From positions 1 through 32,251 of the forward strand of contig DLMY01000017.1 of the NCBI GenBank assembly GCA_002478275.1: 32,251 nt of DNA, given 5' to 3'. Position numbers and translations under genes: made by a program. The DNA is from Actinobacteria bacterium UBA7524 (GTDB lineage: Bacteria > Actinomycetota > Coriobacteriia > Anaerosomatales > UBA912). Shown piece after piece: positions 6,518 through 15,168 of this stretch (its first letter is position 1; the number at the start of each line of letters is the position of its first letter). Below the pieces are notes generated by a model. The model was not told where the DNA came from. It searched no databases and saw nothing but the letters and a program-made list of their open reading frames with translations.

Positions 6518-8651
6518 AGATTCGCCCTCGCTCTCCAAATGCTTCTTCTCCGCCTTCAAGAGTCCTCATGCTGATTGACTTCCAATCTAGCCGGTCGTTC
6601 TCGTCATCCGAGTTGACTAGGTTGTTCGAAAAGGGATTTCCAGTGTATGTGCGATAACCCTCAGGCCCGTGGTGCCTGTAGACGGAGCTGTAGGGAAGGG
6701 TTCGCACTGCAATATTTGCGTCGTGCGTCGCAATGAATACCTTCTTGCCCGCTCGCGCACGCTCCTTTATGAGCGGAACAATCACGTCACTAATGTACTC
6801 GTTGCCCAGACTTCGCTCCGGCTCATCCAGGATGTACACGTCCTTGTCCGTCCCGAGTTCTTTCTGCAACATCACCATCGAAGCCTCACCGCTTGACGGT
6901 GTGTATTCGGCCCCATCCAGTGAGAAGTACCTCTTGAAGAGCAGAAGTCCGAGCACGGTCCTGATTGCCTCTGCGTCTTCAATCGTGTTGAGGTCGGAGA
7001 CGTGTTGAAACAGGTCGTCTGCGTAGGCGTGCTCAAGAATCATGTTGATGCATTGGGCGAACTTCTTCTGCGGCCCCTTCTTTGTTGCGTGACTGAGACT
7101 GGACAGCCTGCCGTCAGTGACATGTCCAGTCTGGAATTTGTATTCTGTCCGAAGTTCCAGCTCACCCTTGCTGGTTCCGAGACTCCCGATGTGCTCTTTG
7201 ATCGGCGGGATTTCGGTATTGATGCTCTTCACGATCTCGGCAGCAGCGACCTCGATCTTCATGCGATTCAGTGCGTAATCGCGAAAGCCAGTCGTTGTGG
7301 GTTTCGCTGGCGATCCCGTCTTCCGCTCTACCTCTCTTTGGAACGTCCTAATCGCTGAATTCAAGAAATGGATCTCTTTCCAGCCAGCAAAGCTCGCCCA
7401 CGAGCGCTTGGCCAATCGCTCGTGGAGTGCCGACAGGATGCGGGTCAGCTGCTCGTGCTCCTCCTTGTCGAGCTCATCCTTCACGAATTGGTTCGCGGTT
7501 AGGAAGTCGACGAAGTCCCTGGTCTTCTTCAGCGCCTCGTGGACTTCTTTGAACTCGCGTTCGGCCCCGGATTCGCCCTCAAGGCTGATGTCTTTGAGCA
7601 GAATCTTCTTGGCGTTCCTGTTGGTGCTCTTGGCCTCGAAGTAGCCTACGTATTTTCCGAGGCTTGCAACGTCAACCTCGCGGGCAATGCGTAGGGCCTT
7701 GATCTGATCGGTGCAGTAGTTGATCTCGTACGTGTTCAGATTGATCGACAGATTGCTGCCCTTCGTGTCGTAGATCTCGTCCAGCCGGTCGCTCGCTGGC
7801 GCATAGACCTTTGCGTCGACCCCGTTCGCCGTGTAGTGCTTGGCGATAGCCTTCAGAACACAGGACTTGCCTGTCCCCTTTGGACCGAATATGACATTGA
7901 TGTCGTTGAATGCCTTGACGCTCAGCACTGAGTCGTCTCCAAAGGGACAAAGCTCGAGATCCTCGGAGGTCTTCCGGTCAAGCACCGTATTGATCGTGGT
8001 CGGATCCTTCTCGAGCAGCAGGCAGAAATGCTCGAAACTGTCGACAGGAAGTCGGAGATCAGGCAACTCCTGAGCGAGTTCTTCGTATTTCGCCCAGTCA
8101 TGAACATCTGATCCGTGAATGGATGCGTGCCCGTGCGAGATGTAGATTCCGGCTGAGATCGAGTTGGTGACCTCTTTGATGACACGACCTGGATTCTTGG
8201 TCCCTGTCAGCAGCCTCTCAAGAGAGGCCTCTGAAAGACAGGGCATCTTCTGCTGATAGTGGGCAACGTACAGCGGATTGAGGGAATCGAACTTGGCTAG
8301 GACGTCGTCGACTGTGGCCGCGAATTGGTCCGGAGTTGAATCCTTTGTCAGTTCCTCGACCGCCACAGAGAAGTCGCCCGCTGACTTCGGTGAGACAATG
8401 AGCAACAAGTGGCCCCTGAGTTCTCCATCAACAATGTCGAGCTCAATGCCGGGCCACACTTGTGCGTCATGGCCCAAGCCGGTCTCGATTTCCTTGAATT
8501 GCTCCAGGTCGAAGACATTGTGATTGGTGATCGCAATGATACCGACATCCGTGGACAAGACCGTCTTGCAGAAGTCCTCCGGAGCAATATCCCTAGTGGG
8601 CGCATCCCCGGACTTACACTTCCTGGTATGAGCATGTATGTCGATGTTCAC
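6504..8651 (-). CDS. PHP-domain phosphoesterase fused to coiled-coil ABC/SMC-like ATPase (Ppl/TrlF-like, putative anti-phage)
   Basis: PHP motifs IDIHAHT, ITNHN, GIELD, GSDVHDW; Walker A GPKGTGKS; signature PSSGE; Walker B YILDEPE; H-loop ATHDAN. GTG start at 8651 follows GAGGA. Confidence 0.85.
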   Translation of the reverse strand: MNIDIHAHTRKCKSGDAPTRDIAPEDFCKTVLSTDVGIIAITNHNVFDLEQFKEIETGLGHDAQVWPGIELDIVDGELRGHLLLIVSPKSAGDFSVAVEELTKDSTPDQFAATVDDVLAKFDSLNPLYVAHYQQKMPCLSEASLERLLTGTKNPGRVIKEVTNSISAGIYISHGHASIHGSDVHDWAKYEELAQELPDLRLPVDSFEHFCLLLEKDPTTINTVLDRKTSEDLELCPFGDDSVLSVKAFNDINVIFGPKGTGKSCVLKAIAKHYTANGVDAKVYAPASDRLDEIYDTKGSNLSINLNTYEINYCTDQIKALRIAREVDVASLGKYVGYFEAKSTNRNAKKILLKDISLEGESGAEREFKEVHEALKKTRDFVDFLTANQFVKDELDKEEHEQLTRILSALHERLAKRSWASFAGWKEIHFLNSAIRTFQREVERKTGSPAKPTTTGFRDYALNRMKIEVAAAEIVKSINTEIPPIKEHIGSLGTSKGELELRTEYKFQTGHVTDGRLSSLSHATKKGPQKKFAQCINMILEHAYADDLFQHVSDLNTIEDAEAIRTVLGLLLFKRYFSLDGAEYTPSSGEASMVMLQKELGTDKDVYILDEPERSLGNEYISDVIVPLIKERARAGKKVFIATHDANIAVRTLPYSSVYRHHGPEGYRTYTGNPFSNNLVNSDDENDRLDWKSISMRTLEGGEEAFGERGRIYGNT

Positions 8652-8742
8652 GACTGTGTCTTCCTCATATCCATCGTCCACCACCCATGAGGATAGATGC
8701 CAGGAGTACCAACTGGAAAGTCCCGGTTATCCGTGGTGCGCT

Positions 8743-8829
8743 TTCCAACAAGCGCATCAAGCTGACGCGAGAAGCAGTCGGCTATCCTGAAGGCGCACGG
8801 CGCGCAGCTTATGCGCAACAACGTTAGGC
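8743..8829 (+). other. attC: attC recombination site (59-base element), 87 bp
   Basis: R'' TTCCAAC. Left arm GCGCAT-C-AAGCTG-A-CGCG pairs perfectly with right arm CGCG-CAGCTT-ATGCGC, leaving two extrahelical bases (G and T on the bottom strand). R' GTTAGGC fits GTTRRRY. Confidence 0.88.
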
Positions 8830-8839
8830 CGTTCGAAGC

Positions 8840-9058
8840 TCATCCGCTATGGCCTACGTCTCGTGGCGGACACGGATCACCAGGGATCTCAACACCGGGC
8901 TTCACGGACGGATCCGCCACGATCACTCCCTTACTGATGAGGTCGAGAAGCGTTCGGGCGAAATGCTGTGACTCCTCCAACGTGAGATCACATCCCCTTC
9001 GCGCCATGGCCTTCTGGATCGCCGCACCGAACACCGGACTCCGGCATTCCTCATCCAC
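8840..9058 (-). CDS. Hypothetical protein (72 aa)
   Basis: Purine-rich RBS (GGAAGAG) before ATG; occupies otherwise empty space; no recognisable motif. Confidence 0.4.
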   Translation of the reverse strand: MDEECRSPVFGAAIQKAMARRGCDLTLEESQHFARTLLDLISKGVIVADPSVKPGVEIPGDPCPPRDVGHSG

Positions 9059-9198
9059 TCTTCCGAACCCCCATTCGTGTCGGACCTGCCCCGCAGTCTG
9101 CGTATATGCTAGACCCTCGGAACGGAAGGATGGGGTAAGCGGCGGGCAAGCGATGCGTGCTAGCCTCGCCGTTGTCTGATTCGATGAGAGGACCGCGC

Positions 9199-9468
9199 GT
9201 GAGCGCAGACGACCGAGGCGTCCGAATCGATGCTATCGCCGCGAAGGCCCTCATGCTTGCACGTGGTGACACGTTTGCGGTGCCAGTGGCGGGAGATGAG
9301 CGCGAGGCGGAGCGTGCTCTGGCGGATATCGAACGCGCAATCGAGAGACAGTACGATGCGGGCCGCGACATGCTGCCCGATCTCGCACACCTCGACGAGC
9401 TAACGATGAGCTGCATCCGAACCGATCGATCCTTCCACATCGTCATCGAGCGAGGGACGGCTTCCTAA
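9199..9468 (+). CDS. Hypothetical protein (89 aa)
   Basis: GAGAGGA RBS before GTG 9199; helical, protein-like composition. Confidence 0.55.
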   Translation: MSADDRGVRIDAIAAKALMLARGDTFAVPVAGDEREAERALADIERAIERQYDAGRDMLPDLAHLDELTMSCIRTDRSFHIVIERGTAS

Positions 9469-9507
9469 GAACAGTGCGTTTACCTGCAGTTAGCCTCGTC
9501 TACATGC

Positions 9508-9536
9508 TTGCCATCGGTTGCGCGATACGCTAGACT
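9508..9536 (+). promoter_or_regulatory. Sigma70-type promoter, copy 1 of duplicated leader
   Basis: TTGCCA-17 nt-TAGACT followed by GAGGTGTCAGCAAGTC and GAAGGGAG RBS; near-identical copy at 10123. Confidence 0.8.
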
Positions 9537-9573
9537 AGAGGTGTCAGCAAGTCAACCGAAGGGAGCAAGACAG

Positions 9574-9837
9574 ATGAGCGAAACCAAGAAGCGGGTGCGT
9601 CCGGCAACATCCATCCCCATCGACCCCGCGAAGTTGCGGCTGGTGCTGCGCCGCCGATTCATCACCAACCGCGAGGCGAGCGAATTGCTCGGCAAGTCCT
9701 CCGAATGGATGGCGGTCGTGCTGAACAAGAGGCGCATCAACTTCTACATGCTCGACGACCTCGCGGGAGCTCTGAACATGAACTTCAGCGACCTGTTCGA
9801 GGAGATCGTCGACGAGGAGCAGTGGCTGGCGCTGTAG
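9574..9837 (+). CDS. Cro/C1-type HTH protein (87 aa)
   Basis: 'KLRLVLRRRFITNREASELLGKSSEWMAVVLNKRRINFYMLDDLAGALNMNFSDLF'; GAAGGGAG RBS. Confidence 0.75.
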   Translation: MSETKKRVRPATSIPIDPAKLRLVLRRRFITNREASELLGKSSEWMAVVLNKRRINFYMLDDLAGALNMNFSDLFEEIVDEEQWLAL

Positions 9838-9843
9838 GCCTCA

Positions 9844-9867
9844 GAGCCCCCGCTAATGCGGGGGCTC
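9844..9867 (+). terminator. Terminator-like hairpin
   Basis: GAGCCCCCGC-TAAT-GCGGGGGCTC perfect 10-bp stem just after the stop. Confidence 0.7.
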
Positions 9868-10122
9868 GCCACTCTGCACTCGTGCACAGCGCAAGGGCGG
9901 CTAGGGCCGAACGCCCGCACCCGCCGATCCGCCCCGGATGTCGTTCGTCCTCGGCACGATCAGCCGAGGACTCCTCACCGGCTGTGGCCTGGCTGCGGCC
10001 GCCAGATCTTCGGCATGGAAGGGGGAGGATGGGTTCTGCGATGTTCGGCTGTCAAGGGTGACAACGTCCGGTGACCTGCCAGAAAAACATGCTCTGACCT
10101 GCGAATATTCTCAGAATAGTTC

Positions 10123-10151
10123 TTGCCATTAGTTGTGCGATACGCTACACT
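10123..10151 (+). promoter_or_regulatory. Sigma70-type promoter, copy 2 of duplicated leader
   Basis: TTGCCA-17 nt-TACACT followed by GAGGTGTCAGCAAGTC and GAAGGGAG RBS. Confidence 0.8.
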
Positions 10152-10188
10152 TGAGGTGTCAGCAAGTCGCGATGAAGGGAGCACCACA

Positions 10189-10659
10189 ATGGCAAGGAGC
10201 AGGAAGAGTTACCCGCAAGGCATGGCGCTGCAGGTGGTTTCCACCTACCTCGTGCGCGAGACGGTATCGAGCGAACTCGACACCGTGAGTACGCCCGAGG
10301 ATGCAGCAAAGGTCGTTCGTGACCTGTTCGACTTCGACCACCTCGACCGTGAGCAGTTCGTCGCACTGGCTCTCAACACCAAGAACCGCGTAATCGGTGC
10401 GTGGGCTGTGTCGGTCGGAAGCCTGAACGCCTCAATCGTCCACCCCCGCGAACTGTTCAAGCCCGCCGTGATGCTCTCGGCAGCCTCCATCGTCATCGCC
10501 CACAACCACCCGAGCGGCGACCCGACGCCGAGCGGTGCCGACATCCAGCTGACCCGCCGCATCGTCAAGGGCGGGGACGTTCTCGGTATCGAACTCCTCG
10601 ACCACGTGGTCGTGGGTGACGAGTCCATCGCCTCGCTTCGTGACTTGGGTCTGATGTAG
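10189..10659 (+). CDS. radC: RadC-like JAB/MPN domain protein (short, mobile-element type)
   Basis: 'REQFVALALNTKN...SVGSLNASIVHPRELFK...AHNHPSGDPTPSGAD...LLDHVVVG'. Confidence 0.95.
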   Translation: MARSRKSYPQGMALQVVSTYLVRETVSSELDTVSTPEDAAKVVRDLFDFDHLDREQFVALALNTKNRVIGAWAVSVGSLNASIVHPRELFKPAVMLSAASIVIAHNHPSGDPTPSGADIQLTRRIVKGGDVLGIELLDHVVVGDESIASLRDLGLM

Positions 10660-10670
10660 AAAGCGCACCA

Positions 10671-10702
10671 CTTGGGGGTCGGGTTCGCGCCCGGCCCCCA
10701 AG
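10671..10702 (+). terminator. Terminator-like hairpin after radC
   Basis: CTTGGGGGTCGGGT-TCGC-GCCCGGCCCCCAAG stem. Confidence 0.65.
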
Positions 10703-11094
10703 CCCCCGCAAGCGGGATCTTGGGGGCGTCGCCCCGTAGAGATCAAGGTCGCCCGCGGGCCGACCAGCGCTTCGCGCTCACCCGCGATATCATTACTCCT
10801 GACGGCTCTTCATTGAGCCGTGTGCTTCCCGGACTTGCTGACACTTCTCCGGGGACGGGGCATCCAGCTCAATCGAGCCGGGTGCCCCGTCGCTTTGTCG
10901 TGTCCTCCGCACGGTCGCCACGATCCCGACGTCCGTCCGCCGGCCTGACCACAGGCAGCCCACCTGTGGACAGCCCAACCGTCTCCGACCTGCTTCAGGG
11001 GTCGGAGACTCGGACTTCCCGAATCACATCGCGGACTTCACTCGCGCGGCGTTCAGCGAGTCCGGGCGGTTGGAGAGAGAACGCAGGATAAGCG

Positions 11095-11335
11095 TCGCTG
11101 CTCAGTTCGCAGCACCGCGAGGCGAACGCATCACCGGCTAAGCCGGTGAGCAGCCGAAACCCGTCCGAGACTCTGCCCAGCAGCAGAGCTGCTATCGGGC
11201 ACGTGCGGCCATCCAGAGCTGCTCACAGCCAAGCACGAGAGCTGCTCGGAAATCGGCCCCTTGATCCGGCCTCCAAGGCGAAAGTCCTGTGCACTCGTGC
11301 AGAGCGCGTACCATGCGCTCTTGCATACCAGTCCT
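11095..11335. other. Candidate oriT region
   Basis: Non-coding DNA directly upstream of mobC and the relaxase. AGAGCTGCT repeats at 11185, 11215 and 11238; imperfect hairpin TGCAGAGCGCGT-ACC-ATGCGCTCTTGCA at about 11299-11326. Confidence 0.45.
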
Positions 11336-11356
11336 CGGATGGAAGGGTGCCCTGTC

Positions 11357-11806
11357 GTGTCAAACAAGCATGCGCCTCTAGGAAGCGCGGGAACGCCGAA
11401 GCGCCTGATGATCCGGCTGACGCCGGAGGACTACGACAGGCTTTCGGCCCTGGCGGCCCACGACGGCGTTGCGATGGCCGTCAAGGGGCGCGAGGTGATG
11501 CTGGCGGGGATGGATCCGCAGATCTTCGGTGAGCGTTACTACGACGTCGAGCGTCTACTACGCAGCGTTGTCAAAGCCGAGATGGAGACGCACTCGGAGC
11601 GGCTGCACAGGAGGCTCTATCGGGTCGGTGGCATCACGGCCGCGATGGTGTACTTCGTCCGCGAGATACTCGCCAGGGTCCTCGAACTCGATCCACACGG
11701 TGTCACGCAGATGTGGCGAGAGGCCGAGGGCCACGGGTTCAAGTACATGGGTGCGAAGCAGCCCGAATCGCGGCTGGACGATGACGGGGCGGGGAGCACG
11801 CCGTGA
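11357..11806 (+). CDS. Ribbon-helix-helix relaxosome accessory protein (MobC-like)
   Basis: 'KRLMIRLTPEDYDRLSALAAHDGVAMAVKGREVM' RHH pattern; GTGA overlap with the relaxase start. Confidence 0.7.
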   Translation: MSNKHAPLGSAGTPKRLMIRLTPEDYDRLSALAAHDGVAMAVKGREVMLAGMDPQIFGERYYDVERLLRSVVKAEMETHSERLHRRLYRVGGITAAMVYFVREILARVLELDPHGVTQMWREAEGHGFKYMGAKQPESRLDDDGAGSTP

Positions 11807-13323
11807 CACTCGGGCCTCTCGTCGTCAAAGTCAGCTACGCCGCTCCGAGCGCCGGGGACGGCGCGCACGCCACCTACATAGCCACGCGGCCCGGCACGGA
11901 CCTGACCGTCACGGCCGATTCGGTCGCACGGATGGTGACTCGCGATGTCGCAGACGACGCCACGTACACCCGCTACATCGCCGAGCGCCCGGGCGTCGTC
12001 GCCGACGGCGGGGCCCACGGCTTGTTCGACGAGAACGGCATCCCCGATATTGCCTCCGTCACCGATGAGCTCGCGGCTCTCTCGCACGCCCCGATCTACC
12101 GTGTGATCGTCTCCGTCAGCCGAGCTGACGCCGAGGAGATCGGCCTGGAGTCCAAGGCGCAGTGGGAGCGCCACGTTCGCGCCAGCGTCGACGCACTGTC
12201 CACGGCTACCGGAATCCCGCGAGAGAACATGCGCTGGGTGGCGGCCCACCACAATCCCGTGGCCGGGCATCCGCATGCGCACATCATGATCTGGGACAGG
12301 ACCGATAGTCCCGCGTTCAAGCGAGTAGTCCCCCAGCGGCGAGCGGGAGCAGGCCACATACCAGCTCCCCGGCTGAAGGCCCTTCGCGGGGCGTTCACTC
12401 GCGAGATCTACGGCGCAGTGCGCGAGGGCGTGTATGAGGCAAAGGGTCGCGCGCGCTCAGAGATCCGCATGTTCGGCACCACGTCCCTGTCTCTGGCCGT
12501 GGAGGAGCGCCGGCAGATCGGGGCGGGGCTCGCACTCCCCGCAGTCTCAGACCTCACGCGCGACCTGGATGCTCTGTCGCGCACACTGCCCGGGCGTGGC
12601 CGAGCGGCGTACAAGTACGTCTCACCTGAGACCAAGGCCGCAGTCGATCGGATCGTGGACAAGCTGATGTCAGCAGCGCCGATCGCCGAGCGGGTCACCG
12701 GGTATGCCGACGCCGCCGTGGAGCTCAAGCGCCATCACACCGCCGATCCCGATGAGCTCGCATCCGCGCGCGCCAACGCGGAGGCGGACGCGCGAGCACG
12801 GCTCGCCCCCGACGTGCTGCAGGCCGCCGTGAGCATCCAGATCCTGAGGACGGGCGAGGGCATCATACGGACTGCTCCGCTGGTGGTCCGCAACCACCTT
12901 CTCCAAGGGGCGCCCGAGCCGACACGTGTGTTCTACGCCCGGGCTCTCATGACCGCGGGGATCGACGCGCACACGGCAGCCAGCGTGATGGTCAAGTCGT
13001 GTAGGGGCGACGAGCCGCTCGAGGCTACGGCCCACCGCATCGCGGCCGTCTTCGCGGAAGCCCAACCTCTTCGCCCGTCCGAGTGGGCGGCGTGGCGCAA
13101 CGAGAATGCGCTCCCCGAGCTCTCGGCGGGACTTCAGCAGACCGCGGCCACGCTCCACCTGCTTGAGCAGGTATCACGGCATCTGTCTCCGCAGAGTGCC
13201 CCACGGGCCCAGGAGGTCGCACGGGTCGACTGGGGCCGGCTCGGACGAGCCACGAGCCCGACAGGGCGCACGGATGGGGGCCGCGGAATGACGCTCGACC
13301 CACGCGACGGCCTGTCGTCTTAG
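11803..13323 (+). CDS. MobP3/MobL-type HUH relaxase
   Basis: YIATRPG and YIAERPG tyrosine motifs, 'HGLF', 'RVIVSVSRADA', and HUH motif 'WVAAHHN...HPHAHIMIWD'. Confidence 0.88.
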   Translation: MTLGPLVVKVSYAAPSAGDGAHATYIATRPGTDLTVTADSVARMVTRDVADDATYTRYIAERPGVVADGGAHGLFDENGIPDIASVTDELAALSHAPIYRVIVSVSRADAEEIGLESKAQWERHVRASVDALSTATGIPRENMRWVAAHHNPVAGHPHAHIMIWDRTDSPAFKRVVPQRRAGAGHIPAPRLKALRGAFTREIYGAVREGVYEAKGRARSEIRMFGTTSLSLAVEERRQIGAGLALPAVSDLTRDLDALSRTLPGRGRAAYKYVSPETKAAVDRIVDKLMSAAPIAERVTGYADAAVELKRHHTADPDELASARANAEADARARLAPDVLQAAVSIQILRTGEGIIRTAPLVVRNHLLQGAPEPTRVFYARALMTAGIDAHTAASVMVKSCRGDEPLEATAHRIAAVFAEAQPLRPSEWAAWRNENALPELSAGLQQTAATLHLLEQVSRHLSPQSAPRAQEVARVDWGRLGRATSPTGRTDGGRGMTLDPRDGLSS

Positions 13324-13407
13324 AAGAACACTCCCGGAAAGGTAGTGCCAATGGCTGCCCGGTACGCTCAAGTGGGCGCTGTCCGCGAATCGATGAAGGA
13401 GACACGA

Positions 13408-14208
13408 ATGCAGAGAACGACCCGGAGGATCGCAATCGCCTCGCAGAAGGGCGGCGTCGGGAAGACGACCACGGCGTGGAACGTCGCGGCAGGGCTCACC
13501 GCCAAGGGACGCGACGTACTCGTCGTGGATCTCGACGGCCAGTGCCACCTGACCACCGGCGTGCTCGGCGCACCGCCAGCGCGAAGCCTGTGGGACGTGT
13601 TGATGGGCAGCATGATCGCCGAAGAGGCCATCGTGCCAGGCCCGGAGTTCGCGCTGCTACCCGCCTCCGAGATGCTGTCTCGCGCCGACTACGATCTCGG
13701 CGGCCGGCCGGGACGGGACTTCCTTCTCTCCCGCGCTCTGAAGGGCCGGCGCGATCCGGGGAGCGGCACACGGGCGCCGGGTGTGCAGGACGACTACGAC
13801 TACATCATCCTGGACTGCCCGCCGTCTCTCGGCATCATGACCGCCAACGCGCTCGCCTACGCCAGCGAGGTCATCGTCCCGGTCACCCCGGGGCTCTTCG
13901 CCGTCAGTGGGCTTGGGATGCTGGGCTCCGTCATCGCTGAGACGATCGACGCCGGCGTCAACGAGGACCTGGGAATCGCCGGCATCCTGCTCACTCAGTA
14001 CGAGGGTGGTACGGGTCTGCACCGCAGTATCGCGTCAGCCGTCGAGGAGCAGTTCCCCGGGCTGCTCTATCCGCTCGCGATCCGCAAGAACGTAGCGATC
14101 GGCGAAGCGCACGCCGAGGGCCGAAGCGTGCTGTCCTACGCGCCGAAGAGTCACGGCGCGGCCGACTACACCGAACTCGTCGAGCATCTGATCAGGCAGG
14201 AGGGTTAG
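13408..14208 (+). CDS. parA: ParA/Soj family partition ATPase
   Basis: SQKGGVGKTT, VDLDGQ, YDYIILDCPPSLG, IRKNVAIGEA; AAGGAG RBS before ATG 13408. Confidence 0.95.
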   Translation: MQRTTRRIAIASQKGGVGKTTTAWNVAAGLTAKGRDVLVVDLDGQCHLTTGVLGAPPARSLWDVLMGSMIAEEAIVPGPEFALLPASEMLSRADYDLGGRPGRDFLLSRALKGRRDPGSGTRAPGVQDDYDYIILDCPPSLGIMTANALAYASEVIVPVTPGLFAVSGLGMLGSVIAETIDAGVNEDLGIAGILLTQYEGGTGLHRSIASAVEEQFPGLLYPLAIRKNVAIGEAHAEGRSVLSYAPKSHGAADYTELVEHLIRQEG

Positions 14209-14210
14209 GC

Positions 14211-15164
14211 ATGGGGCGTCCGAGGATCGAGCGCGGTGCGAAGCAGGGCGACGTGATCAGGGATCGCGTGGCGGCCGTGGCCGCACGCTCCGCACGGCCA
14301 ACCAGTCTGCTCGGCCAGAAGACAGACAGGTCGGTGACCGTGCCCCTCGACCAGCTCCACCCGGATCCGCGCAACAACGAGGTGTTCGAGCTCGGAGGCA
14401 TCGAGGATCTGGCGCGCGATATCGAGGCCAACGGACTGGCCCACTACCCCGTCGTGCGTCCCCATCCCGAGTTCGAGGACGAGTACATGATCGTGGCTGG
14501 CCATCGCCGTCATGCGGCGCTCTCGCTGCTCGTCGAGCAGGGTCATGGTGGGCGCTTCGGGCAAGTGGTCTGCCACCTCGTGCCCTCCGATGAGCTGGAC
14601 TCTGGCGTGCTCATGCTCACCACCAACGTTCGGCAGCGCGACCTCTCCACACTGGAACGCATCCACACGATCGCCTTTGCCCAGAGACTCGTTGCTGAGC
14701 TTCGTGGAGCGGGGCGTCTGGAGGCGGGGACGACGACGGACGGCAAGATCGCCGAACTCGTCAACCTCGCGCCACGCACTGTCGCTTACTACCGTTCGCT
14801 GACCAAGCTCATCGAGGGACTTCGCGCCTTGCTCGATGAGCGGCGTATCACGTTCACGACGGCACGAGAGCTCGCACAGCAGCCCATCGATGTCCAGGAA
14901 CGCGTCCTGGCACAGATCGAGGCGGGGGAAGACGGCGCACTGAGTGGCGCGCAGGTGACCGCATTGACGGAGTCGGCGAGGACTAAGGAGCCGACCCCCG
15001 CCAAGGTTCCCGACGCCGAGAAGCTCATCACCGCGCTGGAACGTGCCGCCGAGAGGGTCTCGAGCCTGGAGCGGACCACGCCAGATGAAATCAGCACGTT
15101 CGCGCCGCGCATTGCCGCCGTGGCCGAACTCCTGGACACCATCGCCGCCAAGAGAGGGGTCTAG
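14211..15164 (+). CDS. parB: ParB/RepB/Spo0J family partition protein
   Basis: 'VPLDQLHPDPRN...IEDLARDIEANGL...YMIVAGHRRHAA...NVRQRDLS' plus HTH; directly after parA. Confidence 0.92.
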   Translation: MGRPRIERGAKQGDVIRDRVAAVAARSARPTSLLGQKTDRSVTVPLDQLHPDPRNNEVFELGGIEDLARDIEANGLAHYPVVRPHPEFEDEYMIVAGHRRHAALSLLVEQGHGGRFGQVVCHLVPSDELDSGVLMLTTNVRQRDLSTLERIHTIAFAQRLVAELRGAGRLEAGTTTDGKIAELVNLAPRTVAYYRSLTKLIEGLRALLDERRITFTTARELAQQPIDVQERVLAQIEAGEDGALSGAQVTALTESARTKEPTPAKVPDAEKLITALERAAERVSSLERTTPDEISTFAPRIAAVAELLDTIAAKRGV

Positions 15165-15168
15165 CACC

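Larger units (their letters stand above)
6100..8823 (+). mobile_element. Integron-type gene cassette (about 2.7 kb) carrying PHP-ATPase and small partner in inverted orientation
   Basis: Left junction G^TTGGAAAG (6099-6107) is the exact reverse complement of CTTTCCAAC (8741-8749), the R'' end of the attC that ends in G^TTAGGC (8823-8829). Confidence 0.72.

Noticed and set aside
8830..9470. Second integron cassette following GTTAGGC
   Set aside because: No matching GCCTAAC or second attC fold was found downstream by eye.
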